From a virus (Duplodnaviria > Caudoviricetes), in the IMG/VR virus record IMGVR_UViG_3300049434_000096, positions 1-59,611 of that record: a stretch of DNA of 59,611 nucleotides; one strand, given 5' to 3'. Position 1 is the stretch's first letter. Each line of letters starts with the position of its first letter. The notes under the pieces are model-generated. The model was not told where the DNA came from and did no database searches. It worked only from the letters and a program-made list of their open reading frames with translations. Position numbers and translations under genes: made by a program. Shown here piece by piece: positions 35,973 through 45,519 of this stretch.

Positions 35973-36661
35973 AATATCGCCGCGCGCGCCGCCGCCAGCG
36001 TCGCGTCATCGACCTCTTTCTCGGCCCATTCCATCGCCTTGGGCCATAGGTTGAGCGCGGTCAGCAGCAGCCGCTTCGCCTTGCGCTTGTGCATGCCGTA
36101 GCGGAGCGCGACCGTGCTGTAGGGGGTGGGGTCGCCGACGATCATGTCGAGCACGGCGCGCTTGGGCTGCGGAATCCAGCCGCGCCAATGAGTGTAAGCC
36201 ACCTCGCGCCGGACGCGGCGGATTCCTTCGACGACGGAATTCCTGCCCGACGCGGAGCAATCGATCCTCGGCTCGTAATTGATGATCCCGGGATCAACGT
36301 CGCGCTCGATCGACTCCGCCACCATCGCGATCTCGACGGCCCAGGCCAGCTCGTCGATCGTCAGGCCCCCGGCCATGTAGAGGCGGGCGAGCGGGCCTTG
36401 GCGGGTCCGGGCCGCGTTTTCATGGGTCGCCGCGGTGCCCTCGTTCTTGTGGCGCCAATTGGCACCGACGATGATCCGCGCCCTGGCACGCGCCGTTTCC
36501 AGCATGCCGGCGTCCCGCTGCGACTTCGACCGACGCGCCTCTCGCTCGGCAGGGTCGAGGTGCGACAGGTCGCGTGGGTCCCGATCGAGCCCGCTCGGAT
36601 GCACCGGCCGGCCGGCGACCGTGAACGGGTAGGAGGAGCGCTTGCCGTTGGTGGGGCTCAC
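35969..36661 (-). CDS. Putative late transcription regulator (Q-like position)
   Basis: PLARLY..G.L motif and C-terminal HTH-like segment; upstream of the late leader. Confidence 0.55.
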   Translation of the reverse strand: MSPTNGKRSSYPFTVAGRPVHPSGLDRDPRDLSHLDPAEREARRSKSQRDAGMLETARARARIIVGANWRHKNEGTAATHENAARTRQGPLARLYMAGGLTIDELAWAVEIAMVAESIERDVDPGIINYEPRIDCSASGRNSVVEGIRRVRREVAYTHWRGWIPQPKRAVLDMIVGDPTPYSTVALRYGMHKRKAKRLLLTALNLWPKAMEWAEKEVDDATLAAARAAIL

Positions 36662-36933
36662 GTCGACACGCTCCCGATCATGCTGATCTGGCTGCCCGTC
36701 GGCTCCTCGCCCTCGCCCCGCATCGGGATATTGATCTCGCCGCCGTCGATGGCGAGCGTGGGATGCTTGGGCGTGCAGCCGAACGGCAGTCCTTCACCCT
36801 GAAAGATCATCCGGGCGCCGCAGACGTTGCACTTCGCCTTCAGCTCCAAATAGTGGGTGTTGCTGTCGGCGAGAGAGACATGGTGAAGGTCGAAATGGAG
36901 GTCGGGATGGTGGCACTGGCCGGTCGCGTTCAT
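36658..36933 (-). CDS. Hypothetical Zn-finger-like protein
   Basis: CHH, CNVC; ATGA overlap. Confidence 0.6.
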   Translation of the reverse strand: MNATGQCHHPDLHFDLHHVSLADSNTHYLELKAKCNVCGARMIFQGEGLPFGCTPKHPTLAIDGGEINIPMRGEGEEPTGSQISMIGSVST

Positions 36934-37142
36934 ACCGCCGCCGCCTTCCGCTCGCCATGGACCCGCTCGGCCAGCACGACGAGCTGCTGGCGATCGCCGG
37001 CGCAGGCCAGCCACTCCGGCCGGATCAGGGCGATGCCGTGGTGCTGCCAGGCCGCCTGCGCCGCTCGCCGCGTCTCTTCGGGGTCGAGACGGCGGGTTGG
37101 GCCGATTACGGTGGCGAGGGGTGATCCGAGGCCGCGGCTCAT
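36930..37142 (-). CDS. Hypothetical protein
   Basis: ATGA overlaps on both sides. Confidence 0.55.
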   Translation of the reverse strand: MSRGLGSPLATVIGPTRRLDPEETRRAAQAAWQHHGIALIRPEWLACAGDRQQLVVLAERVHGERKAAAV

Positions 37143-37882
37143 TGCTGCACCGGGGCGAGGCCGGCATATTTTCGGTCGATCGAGGCGAACAGCGCGTCCT
37201 GCTCGCCGCTCCGATTGTTCACCGCCGCCGCCACCCATTCGACCGGATCGGCCTTGTCTCGAGCCTGCTCCAGCAGATCGCCGACGCGCTCGTCGCCGAC
37301 CACCTTGCGCCACTTGCCGACGAGGGAGCGGGCTTGCGGTGCCGGCGTGCCCTTCAGGCCCAGCACCTCGACGCCGAGGTCGAATGCCCTTTTCTGGAAA
37401 TCGACCGGCGTTTCGCCCGATGATTTATCATCGGAACCTTTCTTTGGTGAAGGTGGCGGGCATGCTCGATTATCGGGCATGCTCGAAGCATTGCTCGAAG
37501 CATTGCCTGTGGCATTCCCCCGAGCATTGCCGGAAGCATGCTCGGAGCTTGTCCAGCGCGCCGAAGCGGCCTTCTTCGCCTTGGCCGACCGGCGTTCCTG
37601 ATTATCGCTCGCCTTAGCGAGTTCCTTGTCGGCGCGTCCGTGGATCAGGCGGCCGGCGCGCTCCGTGAAGAAGGCGAGGATGACGGGTTTCATTTTCCGC
37701 CACGACGGTCGAGACAGCCGCGTAATTTGACAGATCACTGCGTCATCAGACGGAGGAGGCCCGTTCCGCCAATAGTCCATCAGCAAAAGGAGATAGGCGC
37801 CATGCTGTTCGGTCGTCAGCCGCTGGGTATCGCCCAGATAGTCGCCAATATAGAGAGGCATCCAGGCGCTCGATCCGCTCAC
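37139..37882 (-). CDS. DUF1376/YdaU replication initiator
   Basis: WMPLYIGDYLGDT..L...QHGAYLLLLM.YW. Confidence 0.88.
   Translation of the reverse strand: MSGSSAWMPLYIGDYLGDTQRLTTEQHGAYLLLLMDYWRNGPPPSDDAVICQITRLSRPSWRKMKPVILAFFTERAGRLIHGRADKELAKASDNQERRSAKAKKAASARWTSSEHASGNARGNATGNASSNASSMPDNRACPPPSPKKGSDDKSSGETPVDFQKRAFDLGVEVLGLKGTPAPQARSLVGKWRKVVGDERVGDLLEQARDKADPVEWVAAAVNNRSGEQDALFASIDRKYAGLAPVQQ
37459..37548. repeat. Iteron-like ~12-bp repeats (GCATTGCTCGAA-like), putative replication origin
   Basis: gcatgctcgaa-gcattgctcgaa-gcattgcctgtg-gcattcccccga-gcattgccggaa-gcatgctcgga inside the initiator gene. Confidence 0.75.
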
Positions 37883-39255
37883 CCGCGCACCGCCTGGAAA
37901 TGATAGAGGAAGTCGCCCACCAGCGCGCCAGTCGGCCCATTGCGGCGCTTCGCGAGGATGAATTCTATCCGCCCCTGGCATGCCTGAAGCCGACGATCCC
38001 ACTCGTCGCGCTTCGGATCACCTTCCAAGGGCTCGGCGGCGCGCAGATAATATTCGTCGCGCAGGAAGAACACTACCGCATCGGCGTCCTGTTCGATCTG
38101 GCCGGACTCGCGCAGGTCCGAAAGCATGGGACGCTTGTCGGCGCGCGCCTCGACTGCGCGGCTGAGCTGGGCCAGTGCCAAGACTGCGACGCCGTGCTCC
38201 TTGGCAATCTCCTTGAGCGTGCGGCTGATCTCGCCGACGGCCTCGAAGCGGTCGACTTGCCGGTCGGGGCGCAGGAGCTGGAGATAGTCGACGATGACGA
38301 GCTCCAGCCTGTCGCCGCGCGCCGCGAACCGCCGCGACCAGCGTCTGACCCGCGATCGGAGCTGCGCCAGCTTCAGCCCGGCCTTGTCCACGATCTGGAG
38401 CGGCATCTCCTCGAGCCGGGCCCGGGCGCGGCAAATCTCGCGCTTCTGGTCGGCGTTGAGGGTCCGGTCGCGGATTTTCTCATAAGGGACGCGCTGGTCG
38501 AGGCAGAGGTCGGCAGCCATTCGCTCGCCAAGCTCCTCCCCGCTCATTTCAAGGCTGACGAACAGGACGCCGTGCCCCCGGCTCGCCGCGCCGAGCGCGT
38601 AGGAAATGGCCGTCGCGGTCTTGCCCATGCCGGGGCGGCCGGCGCCCACCACGAAATGCGATGGCCGCAGCGGTCCGAGGAGTCTGTCGAGCGAGGGAAT
38701 ATTGCCGCATTCGACGCCTGTCACTGGCCGCTCGAAGCCCTGGATCACCGCGTCGAGGCATTGCGCCCCAGACATCTCGGCGGTCGGGCCGTCGCTTTCG
38801 CGCGCCGCGGTGATCGCATTGTCGGCCGCCAGCACCAACGCCTCGACCGGCTGGTCGTAATCGCTGGCCAGCGCGATCGCGTCCCGCAGCCCCTCGACGA
38901 GCCGGCGCCGCTGCGCGAATTCCGCGACCTGGCGGGCGTTGGTCCTGGCGCCGATCAGAGAAAGCGGCTGCGCGCCGAGGTCCGCCAGCCATGATTTGCC
39001 GCCCATCTCGGCGAACGCGGTCTCTGATTCCAGGAAGGGACGGATCGTAATCGGATTGAGCGCGCGGCCGAGCGCGTGCTCGCGCAGGATGGTGCCATAG
39101 ACGAAGCCGAGGAACGGCTCGGCGAAGTCGTCGGGGGACAGGGTATCGGCGAGCTGGTCGATCACCTTGGGCTCGCACAACATCGCCCCGATCACCGCGA
39201 CCTCGGCCTCGACGTTGCCGATCCGGCTTTCGACGATCTGCAGGGCCGCGGTCAT
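37879..39255 (-). CDS. dnaB: Replicative DNA helicase
   Basis: GRPGMGKT, SLEMS, IVDYLQL, LAQLSR, DLRESGQIEQDAD, KRRNGPTG. Confidence 0.95.
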   Translation of the reverse strand: MTAALQIVESRIGNVEAEVAVIGAMLCEPKVIDQLADTLSPDDFAEPFLGFVYGTILREHALGRALNPITIRPFLESETAFAEMGGKSWLADLGAQPLSLIGARTNARQVAEFAQRRRLVEGLRDAIALASDYDQPVEALVLAADNAITAARESDGPTAEMSGAQCLDAVIQGFERPVTGVECGNIPSLDRLLGPLRPSHFVVGAGRPGMGKTATAISYALGAASRGHGVLFVSLEMSGEELGERMAADLCLDQRVPYEKIRDRTLNADQKREICRARARLEEMPLQIVDKAGLKLAQLRSRVRRWSRRFAARGDRLELVIVDYLQLLRPDRQVDRFEAVGEISRTLKEIAKEHGVAVLALAQLSRAVEARADKRPMLSDLRESGQIEQDADAVVFFLRDEYYLRAAEPLEGDPKRDEWDRRLQACQGRIEFILAKRRNGPTGALVGDFLYHFQAVRG

Positions 39256-39452
39256 ACGGCCGCCGCGCGCCGACTGAGCCGGGCGAAGTTGTCGTGCAGA
39301 CGAAGCGCCTCAAGGAGAGCGGCGCGTCGCTGCGTCGGCGTGCTGTCCTGGTCTTGATACAGGCGCACGACTTCCAGCTGGGCCGCGTCGTAGGCCGCCC
39401 AAGCGGTTTCCACCGTGCTCGGCTCGGGCCTGAAGGCGACGATCCTCCCCAT
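39252..39452 (-). CDS. Hypothetical protein
   Basis: Overlapping start/stop with both neighbours. Confidence 0.6.
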   Translation of the reverse strand: MGRIVAFRPEPSTVETAWAAYDAAQLEVVRLYQDQDSTPTQRRAALLEALRLHDNFARLSRRAAAV

Positions 39453-39799
39453 CAGCCTTCCGCCCCAGCGAATAGGTCGCCTTGCCCTTCCTCGACGATC
39501 CTGGGCCCCAGCTCGCCGAGCAGCTCGCGAACGATGCGGTCTGTGGAAGGCTCGGCCGCGCGGCGCTTCTCGACGGCGCGCACGGCGTGCATCACCGTGG
39601 TATGGTCGCGGCCGCCGAAATGCTTACCGATTGTCGGCAACGAGCGCGTCGTGAGGCGCTTGGCGAGGTACATCGCGATCTGGCGCGGGTGTGAGGAGGC
39701 ATAGGCGCGCCGCGCGCTGCGCATTTCGATCAGCGGCATGCCGAACACGTGGGCGACGCGCTCTTGGATCAAGGCGATGGTGGGCTGGTTCTCGATCAC
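39452..39799 (-). CDS. DnaA C-terminal HTH domain protein
   Basis: PRQIAMYLAKRLT.RSLPTIGKHFGGRDHTTVMHA. Confidence 0.9.
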   Translation of the reverse strand: MIENQPTIALIQERVAHVFGMPLIEMRSARRAYASSHPRQIAMYLAKRLTTRSLPTIGKHFGGRDHTTVMHAVRAVEKRRAAEPSTDRIVRELLGELGPRIVEEGQGDLFAGAEG

Positions 39800-40353
39800 C
39801 GCCGCCCTCCCCCAACCAATTGCTCGGTCAGCACATGCTCCATCCGCCAAGGGGGCGTGATCCCGTCGAGGTGGAGGCGATAGTCGAGGATGCCCGCCGC
39901 CTCGGCCGCGTCGTGCTTGCCGGGCAGGATGCCGAGCTGGCGGCACCGCTCGACCGCGAACTCCTTCAGCGACATCGACCTGGTGCCCCGCTTCATCGGG
40001 CCGAGGAAATGTTTCCGCCATGTCGCCTGGTGCGCCGAGCTGCAGCGCAGGATCCGCTTCGCCTCGCAATAGCTGTCGACATGCGCCGCGAGCCCGATCA
40101 GCACGAAGGCCACGTCGAAGCTGCTGTGCCGACCCATCGTCGCCGGATCGAGCGGCTTTTCGTAGATCACGCATTCGAGCGGCGTGACGGAATGGACTTC
40201 GTTGATGCGCTGGTGCAGCCGCAGGAACGCGAGGCCCGCCGACGTCAAGTCGCCGCCGAGCTCCCACGTTCCGCAGGCCGGCACGGCCATGCCGGGCGCC
40301 CAATGCGCCCAGCCTGTCGACCGCTTCGATAAGTCCAGCGCGAGGTAGGACAT
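39796..40353 (-). CDS. RuvC-like Holliday junction resolvase/RNase H fold nuclease
   Basis: LALDLS..TGWA, IYEKP, HDAAEAAGI. Confidence 0.75.
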   Translation of the reverse strand: MSYLALDLSKRSTGWAHWAPGMAVPACGTWELGGDLTSAGLAFLRLHQRINEVHSVTPLECVIYEKPLDPATMGRHSSFDVAFVLIGLAAHVDSYCEAKRILRCSSAHQATWRKHFLGPMKRGTRSMSLKEFAVERCRQLGILPGKHDAAEAAGILDYRLHLDGITPPWRMEHVLTEQLVGGGRR

Positions 40354-41027
40354 TACTGGACCGTGACCAGCTCCGGCGTCTGCCGCTCGGCCAGCGGGAT
40401 GATCGCCGCGCCGGCGTCCTCGCCCTCGGCGCGGGAAACGAGATCGTCGGTGATCCCGATGTTCATCTCGCGGAGCAGCCCCCGGAACGAGCGGAGCACG
40501 TCGTTGCGCTTCTCCTCGGATTCGCCGACGAGCTGAAAGACGAACTTCGCGGCGCGCGTGTTGACGTGGCACTCCTTCTTGATCGCCTTGTAGGCGGTCG
40601 ACGCGGCCTGGGCATGCTCGCCGGACTTCTCGTTGGCCGGCTTGATATCCTGGCGGAAGATTTTGACGGCGCGCTGGAAGTCGGGCGCGACGATCTCTTC
40701 GACTTTCGGCTGGGCTTTTCCACGGGGCATGGCATTCTCTCCTTCGTTGAACGGTGCGCCGGCGTCCGGCGGGGTGATCGCGTCGAGCAGGCGGCTCGGG
40801 GCAGCTGGCGAGGGCTCGGCTTGTGTCGGCACCTTCCCGGCATGCAGAGGAATGACCGCGGCGCCGGGCTGCAATGGCGACGGGGCTCGAAGCTCCCCGC
40901 GCGCCACGGCCTGGTCGATCAGCTTCGCCTCGGCCTCCTCGATCCCCGCCTCGAACGCGGCGTCGGACAGGCTCAGCTTCTCGACGAAGCGGGCGAGGAG
41001 GTATTTTTGCTCCTGGATGCTGCTCAT
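40353..41027 (-). CDS. Hypothetical protein with a GapR/DUF2312-like C-half; internal start at 40730
   Basis: AYKAIKKE..V...AAKFV.QL....EEKR helical pattern; AAGGAG SD before MPRGK. Confidence 0.5.
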   Translation of the reverse strand: MSSIQEQKYLLARFVEKLSLSDAAFEAGIEEAEAKLIDQAVARGELRAPSPLQPGAAVIPLHAGKVPTQAEPSPAAPSRLLDAITPPDAGAPFNEGENAMPRGKAQPKVEEIVAPDFQRAVKIFRQDIKPANEKSGEHAQAASTAYKAIKKECHVNTRAAKFVFQLVGESEEKRNDVLRSFRGLLREMNIGITDDLVSRAEGEDAGAAIIPLAERQTPELVTVQ

Positions 41028-41329
41028 GTCTCAGCCCCGGCCCGCGCATATTCGGCGCGCTTTAGGCGGGCTCGATCGCCCCAGTGACCCGGCCCGTAGA
41101 CGACGCGAAGCTCCGGCTTGGGGGGGGGGCAAAGCACCTCAACGGAGCGGGCCCTGCGCTTCAATCGGCGAATCGCACCACGCTCTTCCAGACCTTTCAG
41201 ATGGTAGGAAATGATCGCTTTGCAGTTTGGCGAATAGCCGAGGGCTCGGCCCATCTCTTCTATCGAAGCGCCTGGGTGGCGCTCGAGATAGTGGAGCAAC
41301 GCCGCCTGCCGGGACGTGAGGCCGATCAT
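41024..41329 (-). CDS. LexA-like N-terminal wHTH protein without peptidase domain
   Basis: LTSRQAALLHYL..ASIEEMGRALG..HLKGLEERGAIRR..RARSVEV. Confidence 0.8.
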   Translation of the reverse strand: MIGLTSRQAALLHYLERHPGASIEEMGRALGYSPNCKAIISYHLKGLEERGAIRRLKRRARSVEVLCPPPKPELRVVYGPGHWGDRARLKRAEYARAGAET

Positions 41330-42696
41330 GCCGCGGCTTCCATCGCGTCGAGCAGCGCGCCCCGGTCCTTGTCGATCCGCTGGCGGGCCATGGCGGAATA
41401 TTCGGGATTGAGTTCGATCAGGATCGCGCGCCGCTGCAGCCGGTCGGCGACGAGACCGGTCGTGCCGGCGCCACCGAAGGGGTCGAGCACGACGCCTCCG
41501 ACCGGGCATCCGGCGAGGATGGCGCGATAGGCCAGCTCGGTCGGGAACGTGGCGAAATGCGCGTCCTTGAACGGCTCGATCCCCATCTCCCAGACCGGCA
41601 ACGCGGCGGGCTCGTAATTGCGGAGGAAGCGGCCCCCGGCACATTGCTCGTCCCGCACCACCTTCTGGCCCTTCTCGCGGCCTCGGCGGTGGTGCGAACC
41701 GTGCCCGCCGGCGCCGGTATCCCAGCCGTCCGGCATCTTGACGCGGCGGCTGCCCTTGACCTTGCGCGGACCAGGCTCGCCGCCGACGTAAGAGCCGCCA
41801 CGAAAGCCGTTGGCATCCTCGTCGCCAGCCCTGCCCTGCAGCACCGCATTCGCGTCGTAATAGGTCCCGATTTTGATCCAGCGCTGACCGAGCTTGTCGG
41901 GCTTGGTGATCAGCGGGCAACGCTCGGTAAGATCGGGCGCGAAGGAAAGCTCGCCGGTGTCGCGCGCGCGCCAGATCGGAGCGTCCTCGGACTTGGCCAG
42001 CCAGAAGATTTTCTCATGCGCGGTCGACGGCCGCTGCGCGCCGGAGCTGTCCGGCATGGGATTGGTCTTGCCCCAGATGATTTCGGAGCGAACCCACCAC
42101 CCGGCAGCTTGAAGCGCGAGTGCCAGCCGGTTCGGCAGCATACATAGGTCTTTGGCCTTAATGCCGCCGCCGACCGTGCTGAACGGCTTGTCGCGGAATG
42201 TGCGGTCGTCGACGCCCTCGGCCTTCGTATCGGCCGCGCTTCGTCCGTTCGGCGCCGTAGCGTAGCAATCGCCATAGTTGAGGAAGAGGCTGCCGGTCGG
42301 CTTGAGGATTCGGCGCACCTCCTCGAAGATTTCGACCATCGCGTCGAGGTGCTCGGCCAGGGTCGGTTCCAGGCCGAGCTGCTGGTCGATCTTGATTGCG
42401 CCGCACCTGCCGCAGGCGGATCGATGCGCGAGCAGAAGCTGGGCTGAGTTCGTCGCGACCGATCCGGCGAGCGCAGTGGAAAGGCTGTCGCGATCTTCGT
42501 TTCGGCCTTCGCGCATCGTCGGGGAGCGATGCTCGCAATTCGGATCGCCGCCCTCCCAGCGCGCCGTCCCGTAATCGCGGAGTCCCCAGTAAGGCGGCGA
42601 CGTCAGGCAGAGGTCCACGCTATCGCTCGGCAGCTTTCTCAGCTCGGTCAGCGCGTCGCCGATGATGATCTCGACGCGGTTGCCCTCCCCCGCCAC
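41326..42696 (-). CDS. N4-cytosine/N6-adenine DNA methyltransferase (beta class)
   Basis: TSPPYW, HFATFP, VLDPFGGAGTT. Confidence 0.92.
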   Translation of the reverse strand: MAGEGNRVEIIIGDALTELRKLPSDSVDLCLTSPPYWGLRDYGTARWEGGDPNCEHRSPTMREGRNEDRDSLSTALAGSVATNSAQLLLAHRSACGRCGAIKIDQQLGLEPTLAEHLDAMVEIFEEVRRILKPTGSLFLNYGDCYATAPNGRSAADTKAEGVDDRTFRDKPFSTVGGGIKAKDLCMLPNRLALALQAAGWWVRSEIIWGKTNPMPDSSGAQRPSTAHEKIFWLAKSEDAPIWRARDTGELSFAPDLTERCPLITKPDKLGQRWIKIGTYYDANAVLQGRAGDEDANGFRGGSYVGGEPGPRKVKGSRRVKMPDGWDTGAGGHGSHHRRGREKGQKVVRDEQCAGGRFLRNYEPAALPVWEMGIEPFKDAHFATFPTELAYRAILAGCPVGGVVLDPFGGAGTTGLVADRLQRRAILIELNPEYSAMARQRIDKDRGALLDAMEAAA

Positions 42697-42698
42697 GC

Positions 42699-43178
42699 CT
42701 ATTCCCCCCGCTTCGACGCGGCGTTGCCGAGCCTGATCTCGTCGGCTTCGTGCACCACGGCGGCGAGCGCCGGCAGCAGCGGGCGGAACAGATCGCCGAG
42801 CGCGAGCGTGTCCTTGTGGCAGCGCTCGTTGTCGCGCATCCGGTCGAAATACTCGGTCGCGGCGTGCAGCATCGCGCTCACGGTCTGGAAGTCGTTCGCG
42901 CCTTCGATGGCAAGCGGGATCAGCAGGCGGCGGAAATGCCGGGCCAGCGCGTCGAGGGCGCGCTCATCCGCGAGCAGCGCGTTCCAGGCGTAGTCGAGCC
43001 GGAGCGTCGTCTCCTTGTCGCGGGCCTTGCGGACCGTCTTCTCGTCGCAGCCGATCCGCAGCGCGACGCGTGTTGGCCCCTCGAGATGGCACGGCTGGAG
43101 CAACCCGGCCGCCAGCAGATGCCGGGCGTCCTGTTCCGTCAGCGGTTCGATTGGCGGGCGGACACGCGCTGCGGTCAT
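42699..43178 (-). CDS. CII-like HTH regulator
   Basis: RVALRIGCDEKTVRKARD; position downstream of cro. Confidence 0.55.
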   Translation of the reverse strand: MTAARVRPPIEPLTEQDARHLLAAGLLQPCHLEGPTRVALRIGCDEKTVRKARDKETTLRLDYAWNALLADERALDALARHFRRLLIPLAIEGANDFQTVSAMLHAATEYFDRMRDNERCHKDTLALGDLFRPLLPALAAVVHEADEIRLGNAASKRGE

Positions 43179-43448
43179 GGCCTACCAGCCCCCCGACCAA
43201 ATGGAGGGACGATCAAAGCGAGCAGGACGAACCGGGAGCGGATCAATGGAGCCTCCCCGTCCAGCCGCGTCCCCAGCGCGTCGTCGCATAGAGCGCCGAG
43301 CCGGCCGACAGGATCGCGATCGCGGTGCAGGTCCAGACCCCGGTCATGCCGCGCCTCCGGCGGAGGAGTGGGCGTCGGACACCCCTCCACCTTTGGGGCG
43401 CGGCGGGCTATGGAGGGCCGGCCGCGAAGGGTTGCTGGAGCGGCGCAT

Positions 43449-43649
43449 CTATGCCGCCACCGCCGTCGATTCGGCTCCATATGTCAGCATGTACCGACGC
43501 ACCTTTTCGACGGTGGCGCGCCGCAATTCGCGGCCATCTCGGAGCTGGCCGATGAGGCGAGTGTCGTTCGCGGCCTTGCGGCCGAACGTGGTCTCCGCGA
43601 TCCCGTGGGCGTCGCGAAAAGCCTCGATCTCGGAAAGGAGGTCGTCCAT
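43449..43649 (-). CDS. Cro-like protein
   Basis: LLSEIEAF...IAETTFGRKAAND..LI..LRDGR; divergent from the repressor. Confidence 0.8.
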   Translation of the reverse strand: MDDLLSEIEAFRDAHGIAETTFGRKAANDTRLIGQLRDGRELRRATVEKVRRYMLTYGAESTAVAA

Positions 43650-43660
43650 CGCGCCGATAT

Positions 43661-43710
43661 GCGACGGATTAATCCGTCGCGTCAAGCGTCTCGTGACGGA
43701 TTTATCCGTA
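43661..43710. promoter_or_regulatory. Operator pair: GCGACGGATTAATCCGTCGC (43661-43680) and GACGGATTTATCCGTA (43695-43710)
   Basis: Palindromes between cro and repressor; the first fills the spacer after the minus-strand TTGACG; TTGATG-N17-CATAAG faces the repressor. Confidence 0.85.
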
Positions 43711-43751
43711 TGTTGATGCCGTCCGTCGCCGCCCCCATAAGCGGGATCGAA

Positions 43752-44198
43752 ATGGCGCGGGCGACTATAGACATCGAACGTGTGAAACAGGTCTTGCGCG
43801 AGGCCACGAAGGACGATGGCTCATTCAGCCAGCGCGGGCTACCGAAAGCCGCAGGGTTAGCTAAAGACGCCGTCTACGACATCATCGCCGGCCGAAACAA
43901 AAATCCTACGATTGCGACTCTTTCGTCCCTAGCGCAGGCGCTTGGAGGGAATCTTTCCATGTTCGGGCTGAGCCAAACCTTTGCACTTAGTGAAGAAGAA
44001 CTGCGCGCCGAACTGGAGGTGGCCCTGCCGCATATGCCGACGGCGGCATCGAGCCCTGCCGAGCAAGCTCAATATCTCGCCGAAGCCGTTGCAGGCGCTC
44101 TTGGGCTTCCGAGAACTGTACAAGCAGATCCTCCGAGACGGCCGGCGCGGCGCGGCAGGCCCGCAGCAGCCGTAGCTCCCTTTCCTCCCAAAGCCTGA
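43752..44198 (+). CDS. XRE-family HTH repressor (cI-like) lacking an S24 peptidase domain
   Basis: SQRGLPKAAGLAKDAVYDIIAGRNKNPTIATLSSLAQAL. Confidence 0.8.
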   Translation: MARATIDIERVKQVLREATKDDGSFSQRGLPKAAGLAKDAVYDIIAGRNKNPTIATLSSLAQALGGNLSMFGLSQTFALSEEELRAELEVALPHMPTAASSPAEQAQYLAEAVAGALGLPRTVQADPPRRPARRGRPAAAVAPFPPKA

Positions 44199-44467
44199 GG
44201 TGGATATTGAGGACTGCGCAATTCCGGTGGCACGGCTCGCACCCCGACTCGCAGCCGGGCTCCTCTAACAACAGGGGTTTCGTACTCGCCATTCCACTTC
44301 TCCAGCCCCATGTTCCTTTTCCGTTCTCCGAAGCTATTTCCAACATTGCAAGGCCAGAATTCAGGCGCCCCCGCCTGGCCGCCGGACACGCATGGGGCCG
44401 GACAGCCTGTCAGCGTACCGTAGTCTCCACAGGGCCGCCAGATACCCAAAAGGGGGTACGTGCGCGC

Positions 44468-44878
44468 GTGAAGACGGCCAATGTGGCCCATTGGGCGCTC
44501 GTAGCCGCAATCGCCTTAGCAGGCTGCGCCCGGCAGCCGTCGCCGGCCGAGCAGAACGCGCAAACCGCCGCGGGCTTGGCCGAGCTCAGGAGGCTCAGCG
44601 ACACTCTGAACCGCCTCGAGGCGGACGAACGAGCAAGGCGGCGGCCGCACGGTCGATCCGATTCGCGACCCAGGAGGGCGCAGCGCGAGGAGCCCGCTGA
44701 CCTGTGCTGGCAGGACTACTGCCCTTGCGAGCAGCCGCAGGGCGGGCCCGATGAGTTTCTATGCCGCCGGCTGCGGGCTGGGTTGCCAGTGGATGACGAG
44801 CAGATGTCGATCGGCGCGGGGATGCGCGATGCACGCCGCCAGATACGGGACTTCGAGGCCACGAACCCAGCCTATTGA
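44468..44878 (+). CDS. Lipoprotein with Cys cluster
   Basis: ALVAAIALAG-C lipobox; CWQDYCPC...LC. Confidence 0.65.
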   Translation: MKTANVAHWALVAAIALAGCARQPSPAEQNAQTAAGLAELRRLSDTLNRLEADERARRRPHGRSDSRPRRAQREEPADLCWQDYCPCEQPQGGPDEFLCRRLRAGLPVDDEQMSIGAGMRDARRQIRDFEATNPAY

Positions 44879-44890
44879 TGATGCTCTGGC

Positions 44891-45484
44891 TCACACAATT
44901 GCAGCCTCCACCGCCAGCCGAATCGCTTCGGCCACGCTTCCGACCCCAAGGCTCTGAAGCATTGCGGCCCGGTGCATTTTCACCGTCTCGACCGCCAGCC
45001 CAAGGCGTTCCGCAATCTGTCTGTTTCGATGGCCAGAGGCGAGCCCCCACAATATCTCGCGCCGACGCGGCGTAAGCTGGGCAACGAGCCGCCGCGCGGT
45101 TTCCCGCCGCCCTTCGGCGGCGACCAAGCCGACATCGACTTGAGAGCCCAGATAGAATGCCAGCTCGCCATCGTCGCCGAATACCGGCGCAACCATCATC
45201 GCGTTGCGAAACGCCGATCCGTCTCGTCGGTAGTTCCATATCTCGGTGATGGCAGGCTGGTGGGCGGCAACGGCGTGGCGGACGACGGCGCGCGCCGCTT
45301 CCTCGCTCATTGGGCCCTGAAGGAAGCGAGGGTTTCGGCCGATCGATTCGCCGGCCTCGTAGCCGGTGAGGTGGCTGAAGGCCTCGTTGACAGCGACCAG
45401 GGGATTATCGGGACGCCTCGGATCGGTGATCGCAAAGGCGATCCCACTGTCGGCTATTCCGCTCAACAATCCGTCCAGGTCCAT
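44891..45484 (-). CDS. EL222-like LOV + LuxR-HTH transcription factor, Cys-to-Pro LOV variant
   Basis: ITDPRRPDNPLVAVNEAF..LTGY, GRNPRFLQ, NYRRDGSAFRN, YLGSQ; LTPRRREIL..RNRQIA..LGLAVETVKMHR. Confidence 0.93.
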   Translation of the reverse strand: MDLDGLLSGIADSGIAFAITDPRRPDNPLVAVNEAFSHLTGYEAGESIGRNPRFLQGPMSEEAARAVVRHAVAAHQPAITEIWNYRRDGSAFRNAMMVAPVFGDDGELAFYLGSQVDVGLVAAEGRRETARRLVAQLTPRRREILWGLASGHRNRQIAERLGLAVETVKMHRAAMLQSLGVGSVAEAIRLAVEAAIV

Positions 45485-45519
45485 GCTCCATATACACATT
45501 TTCCGACCAACCAGTGCTC

